This document shows, piece after piece, positions 42,175 to 51,056 of a stretch of DNA of 64,000 nucleotides. A program made the position numbers and the translations under genes. Every line of letters starts with the position of its first letter. The first letter of the stretch is position 1. This stretch comes from an uncultured Alphaproteobacteria bacterium (lineage in GTDB: Bacteria > Pseudomonadota > Alphaproteobacteria > Rhizobiales > Xanthobacteraceae), in contig CAVWDA010000035.1 in the NCBI GenBank assembly GCA_963753455.1, forward strand, positions 142,419 through 206,418, in the 5' to 3' direction. A model generated the notes under the pieces. The model was not told the DNA's origin. It was given only the letters and a program-made list of their open reading frames with translations, and made no database searches.

Positions 42175-43290
42175 TCAAGCAGCCGCCGGCGCAAGACCGC
42201 AGCTTTCGGGCTCGATCATCCAATGCGCGATCATGGGCCAGTATTCGGCGAGCACCTTGCTGCCCATAAACAATCCGCCGTGGCCGCAGGGAGCCATAGC
42301 CTTGCGAATGGCGCGCGGCGGGGTGCCGATCAGGCGCTCGACCGCGAATAATTGCGCCGGCGCGACCAATTCGTCATCGCGCGCCGCCAACAGAAAAAGC
42401 GGCGTCCGCACTTTCGCCAAGTCGATGCGCTGGCCCAAAGCGACAAATTGGCCGGTTGCAATTTCATTTCGCTTATACAGCTTCTCGATCACCTCTAGGT
42501 AGTAAGCTCCTGGCAAGTCGACGGTCCAGGCGTGCCAATGCCGGAATGTCGCTTCGAGCTTGGCAAAGGCGGGCGAGCCGATCGGCTCCGGCGTTTGCAG
42601 CAATTGATGGATCGCGTCGGTGTCGAGCGTCTCCGCTCCCCAGAACTTTTGCACTTTGCGGCCGAGCACGCGGCCATCGCCAAGCTTCACCAATTCATGA
42701 AACAACGCCAATGGGCTGGCGTCGGCGAGTGCGGACAACGCGGATTGTCCAGCGGCAATATCGATCGGCGCACCGGCCAGCACTAATTTATGCACCTTGG
42801 CAGGAAAACGCGCGGCATAGAGTAGCGAGAGCCAGCCGCCCTGACAGAGGCCGACGAGATTGACGCTTGCGTCAAGCTGATCGACCAGAACGTTGAGCTC
42901 GGCGAGGTAGTCGTCGATGCCCAAATGGCACATCTCCGGTGCCGCCGAACGCCAATCGGCCACGTACAGCCGACGCAGGCCGGCGTCGCGCAACGCCAAT
43001 ACCAGGCTGTGACCGGGCGCCAGATCGGCAACAACCGATCCATGCAGCGCAAATGGCGCGCACAGTAACGTGGGAATGCCGTTGTCGGCGGTGCTAAAAT
43101 CGCGCAACCGCACGCTTTTCAATTCGAGCGCGACTTTATTTGCAGTCGCCCATTTCGGCTCGTGTACCGGCGGACCTTCGTCTGCGTCCATGGCGAGACC
43201 GACAAAGCGCGTGGCCGTAAGCGCAGCAAATTCGCTGGCCGAGGCAGCGGCGAGTGCCGGCCACATGAATGCAAATCGAAGGTCGTGCAT
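42175..43290 (-). CDS. PHA synthase/depolymerase-like alpha/beta hydrolase
   Basis: APFALHG..ADLAPGHSLV, Cys lipase box GLCQGG, AGAPID, GHGGLF. Confidence 0.8.
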   Translation of the reverse strand: MHDLRFAFMWPALAAASASEFAALTATRFVGLAMDADEGPPVHEPKWATANKVALELKSVRLRDFSTADNGIPTLLCAPFALHGSVVADLAPGHSLVLALRDAGLRRLYVADWRSAAPEMCHLGIDDYLAELNVLVDQLDASVNLVGLCQGGWLSLLYAARFPAKVHKLVLAGAPIDIAAGQSALSALADASPLALFHELVKLGDGRVLGRKVQKFWGAETLDTDAIHQLLQTPEPIGSPAFAKLEATFRHWHAWTVDLPGAYYLEVIEKLYKRNEIATGQFVALGQRIDLAKVRTPLFLLAARDDELVAPAQLFAVERLIGTPPRAIRKAMAPCGHGGLFMGSKVLAEYWPMIAHWMIEPESCGLAPAAA

Positions 43291-43341
43291 CCCTTCGGCT
43301 CGTACATTTAAAAAAACTTTCACAAAAACAACCCCCGCGCG

Positions 43342-43355
43342 TTGTCCTAGGTCAA
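43342..43355 (-). promoter_or_regulatory. FNR/FixK-like box
   Basis: TTGACCTAGGACAA on minus strand, ~52 nt upstream of ATG 43290. Confidence 0.55.
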
Positions 43356-43422
43356 ACGCGCCCGCGAATTGTATATTCGTTTGAAATTTAAAAACTCCGC
43401 GACAACAACCGCCGGCGCGCAC

Positions 43423-45270
43423 TCACTGCTGCAGCACATAGCTGCCGGGCGCGTCGGCGAGCGCAACGTAGGCCGCGCCCCCCATTGAAGGCGGGTCGAC
43501 CGGCTGGCCCGAATGCGCGTTGAGCCAGCCGACCCATTCCGGCCACCAGGAGCCGTCCTTTTGCGGCGCTTGCGCCAGGAAGGCATCCGGATCGATGTAA
43601 CGGTCGTCCGCCTTGCGGGTCATCACCTGGAACGTGCGGTGATTGTGGCCCGGTTCGGACACGATGCCGGCATTGTGACCGCCGGTCGCCAGCAGATAGG
43701 TCACGTCGGCGTCAGACAAGAAATTGATTTTGTAGCTGGAGCGCCAGGGTGCGACGTGATCGCGCATGGTGCCGACTGCGAAGATCGGGGTATGAATATC
43801 GGTGAGTGCGATCGGCTTCTCGCCCACGGTAAAGCGCCCCTCGACCAGATCGTTGTTGAGGAACAGTCGCCGCAGATATTCCGAATGCATGCGGTAGGGC
43901 ATGCGCGTGGCGTCGGCGTTCCACGCCATGAGGTCGATCATCGGCGTGCGCTCACCCATTAGATAATCGTGCACCACGCGCGACCAAACGAGGTCGTTGG
44001 AGCGCAGCATCTGGAAGGCGCCGGCCATCTGTGTGGCGTCGAGGAAGCCTTGCTCCCACATCATGTCTTCGAGGAAGGCGACCTGGCTCTCGTTGATGAA
44101 CAGCATCAGCTCGCCGGCCTCCGTGAAATCGGTCTGCGCCGCCAGCAGCGTAATCGACTGGAGACGGTCGTCACCGTCGCGCGCCATGGCCGCGGCGGCG
44201 ATCGACAGCAGCGTACCGCCAAGGCAATAGCCGACGGCGTGAACCTTCTGCTGCGGCGCGATCTTACCGATCATATCAAGCGCCGCCATAACGCCGAGCG
44301 TGCGATAGTCTTCAAGATCGAGATCACGGTCGTCGGGACTCGGATTCTTCCACGACACCATGAACACCGTGTAGCCTTGCTCGGTCAGGTATTTCACCAG
44401 CGAGTTATGCGGCGACAGATCGAGGATGTAATATTTCATGATCCAGGCCGGAACGACGAGCACGGGCTCGGGCCGGACCTTGCCGGTCGCTGGCGCGTAT
44501 TGGATCAGCTCAATCAGGCGATTCCGATAAACGACCTTGCCGGGAGTGACCGCCAAGTTGCGGCCGACTTCGAACGCCTCAGTGCCGATCGGCTTCTTAC
44601 CGCTGATGCTGCGCTCCCAATCTTCCACCAGATTGCGCAGGCCATTCACCAGGTTCATCCCGCCTTTTCTGACGGTTTGCCGCAGCACTTCGGGATTGGT
44701 CGCCAGAAAATTCGAGGGCGAAAACATATCGAGGATCTGCCGCGATACGAACTCCACCATCTCTTCATGATGCTTGCTGACACCGCGGATGCCCGTGGTC
44801 GCGTTGTGCCACCATTGCTGCTGGAGCAGGAAGGCCTGCGCCATGAAATTATATGGCGGCCTCTGCCAATCCGCGCCGTCGAACCGCCGATCTTGCGGCA
44901 AGGGCTCGATGCAACGCGGCGTTTTGCCGCCTTCCACCGCTGAGCGAGCCGCATAATTGGCGAAGCGAACCGCCTTCCTTGTTGCCTTATCCACTAGTTG
45001 CAATCGTTTGCCGGGCGAAACGGCAAGATGCGTTGCCCAATCGAAAGAGGCCTTGGCGAGCGCGGCCGGCGACAAGCCGAAGGTATAGCGCGCGATCGTT
45101 GCATGCAGCGAGCGATCCATGATGTCGGCGACGGCGGTGACTGCATAGGGGTCGCGCCCGTCGGCGTCCTGGGCCTGCGCGAGCGGGTTCTGGCTGGAAA
45201 CGAGACGCAATGGCGTCTTGCCGGCGGCCGGTTTCACGCTTGCCGCATCCGCGGGTGAGGTCATCGTCAT
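43423..45270 (-). CDS. phaC: Class I poly(3-hydroxyalkanoate) synthase
   Basis: SPSNFLATNPE, PAWIMKYYILDL, GYCLGG, WNADATRMP, DHVAPW, GGHNAG, SWW, APGSYV. Confidence 0.95.
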   Translation of the reverse strand: MTMTSPADAASVKPAAGKTPLRLVSSQNPLAQAQDADGRDPYAVTAVADIMDRSLHATIARYTFGLSPAALAKASFDWATHLAVSPGKRLQLVDKATRKAVRFANYAARSAVEGGKTPRCIEPLPQDRRFDGADWQRPPYNFMAQAFLLQQQWWHNATTGIRGVSKHHEEMVEFVSRQILDMFSPSNFLATNPEVLRQTVRKGGMNLVNGLRNLVEDWERSISGKKPIGTEAFEVGRNLAVTPGKVVYRNRLIELIQYAPATGKVRPEPVLVVPAWIMKYYILDLSPHNSLVKYLTEQGYTVFMVSWKNPSPDDRDLDLEDYRTLGVMAALDMIGKIAPQQKVHAVGYCLGGTLLSIAAAAMARDGDDRLQSITLLAAQTDFTEAGELMLFINESQVAFLEDMMWEQGFLDATQMAGAFQMLRSNDLVWSRVVHDYLMGERTPMIDLMAWNADATRMPYRMHSEYLRRLFLNNDLVEGRFTVGEKPIALTDIHTPIFAVGTMRDHVAPWRSSYKINFLSDADVTYLLATGGHNAGIVSEPGHNHRTFQVMTRKADDRYIDPDAFLAQAPQKDGSWWPEWVGWLNAHSGQPVDPPSMGGAAYVALADAPGSYVLQQ

Positions 45271-45367
45271 CGCGCACCTGTTGTTGTTCTTGGCGTTCAC
45301 CGCGGCATCAAAGAGATATGGAGATCAATAATTTGGCGAAAATATAGGCGTCACATTGTGACGCGCC

Positions 45368-45381
45368 ATGACCTGGATCAA
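45368..45381 (-). promoter_or_regulatory. FNR/FixK-like box upstream of phaC
   Basis: TTGATCCAGGTCAT on minus strand. Confidence 0.6.
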
Positions 45382-45450
45382 TGGAATAACCACGCTAGCG
45401 CCGGCAAGCGCCGCACCCCCCGCAGACTTTCGCCCACCGCCGCCTAAAAG

Positions 45451-46141
45451 CTACTGACGGACCAGTATCATGGGGTTCGCGCTTTCGGGGATCCGGCGCC
45501 ATCCCGTACCTTCAACTTCCTCAAAGCGCCACGGCGCGCCGCGGCCGGGCACTAGCAAAAGCTCGCCCTTGTCCAGACGCCATTGAGAGAAGTTAAGCTG
45601 TGCGATCGATGGCGCGCAGCCCGGCTTCACCGTCATCGCCATGCCGTCGCCTTGCGCGGTTGACGCCAGTTCGAAAGCGCAAAGCGGCGCGCCAGCTCCG
45701 CGGGTGAGCAGCCAATTTCCGGCGAGCTCTTCGGGCGGCTTTTCCGCACCCGGCCGCAGCCGCGGCATTCTGCAGGAACAACACGCCGACGCCCGGCGTC
45801 GGCGCCTCGTAGATGCCATCCTCGACTTCGCTAAACTCGACCAGCGCCTTGCCGGTTGAATCGAGCAGATAGAGCAGATCGTTGTCGGGAAATTTCCAGC
45901 CGGCAATGTCGGCGACCAGCGGAAATTGACCGGCGCAATTCGCGTCGAATTCAACCTTGAACCCGACCGCAGTCCGCTCGCCGCTGAAGGTCGCAGTGCA
46001 TTTTTTGTCGCGGTCGGCGTTGGAGAACTCCCACGAGCCGAGCACCCGCTTGGCCGAATCGCCGAGCGTCGCCGGCGTCTGGGCGTGCGCGGCGACTGTC
46101 ACAAAGAACGTAGCGAAAAAGATCGGCGCGTGGCGGGCCAT
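45451..46141 (-). CDS. AprI/Inh-family metalloprotease-inhibitor-like protein, two domains (frameshift ~45750)
   Basis: Signal peptide; GSWEFSNADRDKKC...; second domain LAGNWLLTR..LCAFEL in ORF 45451-45954. Confidence 0.7.
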
Positions 46142-46176
46142 GACGTCACTATAACACGGGACCGGCGTGGCAATCC

Positions 46177-47151
46177 TCACGAAGCTTTGGGCGGCGTTTC
46201 CGGCACCGGCGTCAGCGGCGGCTTGCCCGCCATCCAGGCCAGGATGTTGTCGACCACGAGCTGATCCATCGCCGCCCGCGTCACTTCGGTCGAGGAGCCG
46301 AGATGCGGGAACAGTACGATGTTATCCATCTCCACGAGTTCCTTCGGCACCTGCGGCTCCTTGGCGAATACGTCGAGCCCGGCGGAATAGATGGTGCGGT
46401 TCTTCAAGGCTTCGATCAGAGCCGGCTCGTCCACCACCGATCCGCGCGCCATATTGATGAGAATGCCGTTGGGGCCGAGCGCCTTGAGCACCTCGGCGTT
46501 GATCATGTTCGCGGTTGCCGGGCCGCCCGGAACGATCACCATCAGCGTGTCGACGTCGCGCGCCATATCGACCAGCTTCGGGTAGTACTTGTAGCTCACA
46601 CCCTTTTGCGGATTGCGGCTGTGATAGACCACCGGCACGCCGAACGCTTCGAGCCGCCGCGCGATCGCCTTGCCGATGCGGCCCATGCCGACCATGCCGA
46701 CGGTGCGGTTGCGCAGCGTCGCCTTGGTGAGCGGATATTGTCCTTGCAGCCATTTGCCGGCACGCAGAAAGCGCTCGGCCTTCGGGAATTCACGCACGGT
46801 GCAAAGCAAGAGGCCGAGCGCGGTGTCGGCGACTTCTTCGTTGAGCACTTCCGGCGTGTTGGTAACAATGATGCCGTGCTCGCCCGCCCACTTGGCGTCG
46901 ATGTGATCGTAGCCGACGCCGAAGCTCGAAATCTGCTCGAGCTTCGGAAAGCGCTGCATGAAAGCGGCATCGACTTTGTTCGCGGTATACGCGACGACGA
47001 AGGCGCGGATCTTGTCGCTGACCGATTTGATGAAGGAGTCCTGGTCTTTGGCTTCGAGCAGGTAGTGCAACGTCACCTTCGGTTCGAGACCGCTGACGAG
47101 GACTGGCTTGCGGGCACCGATCAGCAGGACGTCCGGCTTTTCGCCAGCCAT
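46177..47151 (-). CDS. D-2-hydroxyacid dehydrogenase (glyoxylate/hydroxypyruvate reductase-like)
   Basis: FGVGYDHID, VTNTP, GMGRIG, INMARGSVVDE, GLDVF..EP, PHLGS. Confidence 0.92.
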   Translation of the reverse strand: MAGEKPDVLLIGARKPVLVSGLEPKVTLHYLLEAKDQDSFIKSVSDKIRAFVVAYTANKVDAAFMQRFPKLEQISSFGVGYDHIDAKWAGEHGIIVTNTPEVLNEEVADTALGLLLCTVREFPKAERFLRAGKWLQGQYPLTKATLRNRTVGMVGMGRIGKAIARRLEAFGVPVVYHSRNPQKGVSYKYYPKLVDMARDVDTLMVIVPGGPATANMINAEVLKALGPNGILINMARGSVVDEPALIEALKNRTIYSAGLDVFAKEPQVPKELVEMDNIVLFPHLGSSTEVTRAAMDQLVVDNILAWMAGKPPLTPVPETPPKAS

Positions 47152-47164
47152 GATCGCACTCCTC

Positions 47165-48511
47165 TTACACCAAAGCAGTGACCGGCGTTTCGACGAAAGT
47201 CTTGAACGCGGCGAGTAATTTGGCGCCGAGCGCGCCGTCGACCACACGATGATCGCACGACAACGTGACGGTCATCTGACTGATGAATTTCACACTACCA
47301 TCGGCGGCTTCGACCGGCGCACGTCGCATAGAGCCCACGGCCAGGATGGTCGCGTGCGGCGGATTGATGATGGCGGCGAATTCGCGCACGCCGTACATGC
47401 CCAAGTTCGAGATTGCGCTGGCGCCGCCCTGGTATTCGTTCGGCTTGAGCTTGCTTGGCGCGGGCGCGCTCGGCAAAATCGCGCATTTCCACCGAGATCG
47501 CGGTGAGCGATTTGGCCTCGGCATTGCGGATCACCGGCGTGATCAGACCGCCGTCGAGCGCCACCGCCACGCCGATGTCGGAATGGGCAAACCGTAAAAT
47601 GCGATCCTCCGCCCACACCGCATTGCCGGCGGGAATGCGCTGCAACGCCGCCGCCCAGGCCTTGATGATAAAATCATTGAGCGAGAGCTTGAACGCTGGC
47701 TGCCCGTCGTAGACCGGCGCAGCGGCGTTCGCTTCCTCGCGCATGGCGATCAGCCGGCCGACGTCAAGATCGGCGGTCAGGTAGAAATGCGGAATGGTCT
47801 GCTTGGCTTCGACCAGCCGCTTGGCGATGGTCGCCCGCATCCCGTCGAGCGGCACTTCTTCGTAGGTGATGCCTTCGTACAACGCCTTGACCCGCGCGGC
47901 GCTGGCGCCCGCTGTCATCGTCACGGACGCGCGCGGGATGCACCGCTTTTTCGACGTCGGCGGCAACAATGCGGCCATGCGGGCCAGAGCCGGTAATGCG
48001 CGACAAATCGATGCCGCGCTCGCCGGCGAGCCGTCGCGCCAACGGCGTGGTGAAAGTGCCACCGGACAATTTCGCCGGCCCAAAATTGCGCTCGGGCGTG
48101 CGAACTTCGCGCAAGGGGTCCATATGCGGATATGCAAACGATGCGCTCTCAACCCGTTCGTCCCCGCGCACGCGGGGACCCAGGGATGCTGGGCTCTGGG
48201 CCTCCACTTTCGCGGGGGCGAACGAAGCTTGCGGCGCGGTCGCCGGAGCGCTTGCCGATGTAGGCTTCGCCGCCTCTCCCGCGCCCGCGATCACCGCCAC
48301 CACGGCGCCGACCTTGGCCACCTCGCCGACCTGAAAGCGGACCTCGCTCAGCGTGCCGCCGAACGTCGCCGGCACTTCCATCGAGGCTCTTGTCGGTCTC
48401 GATCTCGAACAGGTTGTCGCCCGGCTTCACGGCGTCGCCGGCCGATTTGAACCATTTCACGATCTTGCCTTCGGCGACGGTTTCGCCGAGCTGCGGCATC
48501 AGGACGTCCAT
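47165..48511 (-). CDS. 2-oxoacid dehydrogenase E2 (dihydrolipoamide acyltransferase); frameshifts ~48388, ~47935, ~47452
   Basis: Lipoyl domain [37 protein letters not shown], catalytic AIINPPH and DHRVVDG across joined frames. Confidence 0.88.
48155..48224. repeat. Family A element located inside the E2 coding sequence
   Basis: CGTTCGTCCCCGCGCACGCGGGGACCCAG ... CTGGGCCTCCACTTTCGCGGGGGCGAACG; same arms as 28351-28424. Confidence 0.8.
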
Positions 48512-48527
48512 GTACGATCGTCCCCGT

Positions 48528-49979
48528 TTACCACGTCACCGACACGTATTGCGTCTCGAGAAATTCCTTCATGCCTTCCGAAGCGCCTTCGCGGCCGAGG
48601 CCGGACTGTTTGACGCCGCCGAACGGTGCTGCCGGATCGGACACCAGCCCGCGATTAAGCCCGATCATGCCGAAGTCGAGCTTCTCGGAGACGCGCATGC
48701 CGCGGCTGAAATCCTTGGTGTAGAGATAGGCGACCAGGCCGTATTCGGTGTCGTTGGCGCGTTTGATCGCCTCGTCCTCGCTCTTGAAGGTCTGGATCGA
48801 GGCCACCGGACCAAAGATTTCCTCGTGCAGCATCTTGGAGTCGTTGGCGACATTGGTGAGCACGGTCGCCGGATAGAAGAAGCCGGGACCGTCCGGCGTC
48901 TTGCCGCCGACCAGCACCTTGGCGCCCTTGGCCACCGCATCGTCGACCAGCTCGATCACCTTGTCGCGGCCTTCTTTGTTGACCAGCGGTCCAACATTGA
49001 TGCCGTCGTCGAGGCCGTTGCCCATTTTCAGCGCGCTCATCTTGGCGGTGAGCTTCTTGGCAAACTCATCATGCACCTTCTCGTGCACGTAGAAGCGGTT
49101 AGCCGCCGTGCAGGCCTCGCCCATGTTGCGCATCTTGGCGATCATGGCGCCTTCGATCGCGGCATCGATGTCGGCGTCCTCGAACACCAGGAACGGCGCA
49201 TTGCCGCCGAGCTCCATCGACGGCTTGAGCACTTGGTCGGCAGCCTCATGCAACAGCTTGCGGCCGACTTCGGTCGAGCCGGTAAATGAAAGAACGCGCA
49301 CGCGCGGATCATGCAGCATGGCGCTCACCACGGGACCGGAACGGCGCGACGGCACCACATTGACCACGCCTGCGGGCACGCCCGCCTCCTCCAAGACCGG
49401 CATCAACGCCAGCATGGTAAGCGGCGTATCGGACGCCGGCTTGAGCACCACCGGGCAGCCGGCGGCGAGCGCCGGGCCGATCTTGCGCGTCGCCATGGCG
49501 GCCGGAAAATTCCACGGCGTCACCAGCACGGCGACGCCGGCCGGCTTGTGTTGCGCGACGATGCGCGCGCCGGAGGCCGGCGCCATCGAGATTTGACCGA
49601 TATTGCGCACGGCTTCTTCGGCATACCAGCGGAAGAATTCGGCGGCATAAGCGACTTCGCCACGGGAATCCGACAGCGCCTTGCCGTTCTCCAGCGTGAT
49701 CAGTTTGGCGAAGCGTTCGGCGTCGCGCATAATCAGTTCGTGGCATTTGCGCAGTATCTCGGCGCGCTCGCGCGGCTTGCGTTTGGCCCAGCCTTCGAAG
49801 GCGGCCTGAGCGGCATCGACCGCGGCCCTGGCGTCGTCGACGGTGGCGCTGGCAACCGAGGCGATCTTGCGCTCGGTGGCCGGATCGATCACGTCGAAAC
49901 GGGCGCCGTCGGACGATTTGCGCCATTTGCCGCCGATCCACAGATCGGTCGGAACGTCGGCGAGAAGATTTTCATACAT
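48528..49979 (-). CDS. gabD: NAD(P)-dependent succinate-semialdehyde dehydrogenase family
   Basis: TPWNFP, SFTGSTEVG, MELGGNAP, GEAC, EEIFGP, PFGGVKQSGLGREG. Confidence 0.88.
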   Translation of the reverse strand: MYENLLADVPTDLWIGGKWRKSSDGARFDVIDPATERKIASVASATVDDARAAVDAAQAAFEGWAKRKPRERAEILRKCHELIMRDAERFAKLITLENGKALSDSRGEVAYAAEFFRWYAEEAVRNIGQISMAPASGARIVAQHKPAGVAVLVTPWNFPAAMATRKIGPALAAGCPVVLKPASDTPLTMLALMPVLEEAGVPAGVVNVVPSRRSGPVVSAMLHDPRVRVLSFTGSTEVGRKLLHEAADQVLKPSMELGGNAPFLVFEDADIDAAIEGAMIAKMRNMGEACTAANRFYVHEKVHDEFAKKLTAKMSALKMGNGLDDGINVGPLVNKEGRDKVIELVDDAVAKGAKVLVGGKTPDGPGFFYPATVLTNVANDSKMLHEEIFGPVASIQTFKSEDEAIKRANDTEYGLVAYLYTKDFSRGMRVSEKLDFGMIGLNRGLVSDPAAPFGGVKQSGLGREGASEGMKEFLETQYVSVTW

Positions 49980-50000
49980 AACATCACCTCTCAACTTTCT

Positions 50001-50071
50001 CCGCTCATTCCCGCGCAAGCGGGAATCCAGAAACGCATGCGCGTCCCCGCAGTTCGCGCGGGGACGAAGGG
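50001..50071. repeat. Palindromic element family A (reverse orientation)
   Basis: CCGCTCATTCCCGCGCAAGCGGGAATCCAG ... GTCCCCGCAGTTCGCGCGGGGACGAAGG. Confidence 0.75.
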
Positions 50072-50075
50072 GAGC

Positions 50076-51056
50076 CTAACTTTTCAACGACCGCCGCACC
50101 GTATCCGCAATCCGGTCCGCCGAGGGCAGCACGGCGTCTTCCAGGATATCGGCGGCCGGCAGCGGAATATGCGGCGTGGTGATCCGCACCGGCGGCCCAT
50201 CGAGATCGTAGAAGGCCTCGTCCGCCACGATCGAGACGAGCTCGGCGCCCCAGCCGCACAGCCGCGGATTTTCCTCAACGGTGAACAGCCGGTGCGTTTT
50301 AGCGACGGAGCCGAGGATGGTCTGGGTGTCGAGCGGCACCAGCGAGCGCACGTCGACAACTTCCGCGTCGATGCCGTGCTCGGCCTTGAGCTTCTCGGCT
50401 GCTTCCAGAGCACGCGGCACCATCAGCGCCAGCGCCAGAATCGTCGCGTCCTTGCCGGGCCGCACGATCTTGGCAGTGCCGAGCCGATCGACGATCTCGC
50501 CGTCCGGTACTTCGCCCTTGGTCGCATAGAGGGACTTGTGCTCGAGAAAGATGACCGGGTCGGGGTCGCGAACCGCCGCCGCCAGCAGGCCGATGACGTC
50601 AACCGGCGAGGACGGCGCCACGACTTTGAGACCGGGGATCATCATGCACCAGTTCTCGACGCTCTGAGAGTGCTGCGCGCCAAAACGCGAGCCGGCGCCA
50701 TTGCCGGTGCGCACCACCAGCGGGCATTTGACCTGGCCGTTCGACATGTAACGGCTCTTGGGAAATTCATTGGCGATGTAGTCGAAACAAACCGCGAAGA
50801 AGTCCGAGAACATGATTTCCGCGATCGGCTTGAGACCCGTCATCGCCGCGCCCATGGCCGCGCCCATGATCGCCTGCTCGGAGATCGGCGTATCGCGCAC
50901 GCGCAGCGGACCGAACTGCTCGTAGAGGCCCACAGTCGCCTTGAACACGCCGCCGGCCTTGGCCACGTCCTCGCCGAGGAACACCACGTCCGGATCGCGC
51001 GCCATTTCCTGCGCGATGCCGCGGATGACCGCATCGCGATAGGTCAGTTCCGCCAT
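50076..51056 (-). CDS. TPP-dependent dehydrogenase E1 beta (AcoB/PdhB-like)
   Basis: LGEDV, DTPISEQ, EIMFSDF, GAQHSQS, DPVIFLEHK, DVRSLVPLD. Confidence 0.93.
   Translation of the reverse strand: MAELTYRDAVIRGIAQEMARDPDVVFLGEDVAKAGGVFKATVGLYEQFGPLRVRDTPISEQAIMGAAMGAAMTGLKPIAEIMFSDFFAVCFDYIANEFPKSRYMSNGQVKCPLVVRTGNGAGSRFGAQHSQSVENWCMMIPGLKVVAPSSPVDVIGLLAAAVRDPDPVIFLEHKSLYATKGEVPDGEIVDRLGTAKIVRPGKDATILALALMVPRALEAAEKLKAEHGIDAEVVDVRSLVPLDTQTILGSVAKTHRLFTVEENPRLCGWGAELVSIVADEAFYDLDGPPVRITTPHIPLPAADILEDAVLPSADRIADTVRRSLKS

Noticed and set aside
7875-50071. Palindromic repeats as a CRISPR array
   Set aside because: Copies are dispersed over tens of kb, not tandem with unique spacers, and there are no cas genes
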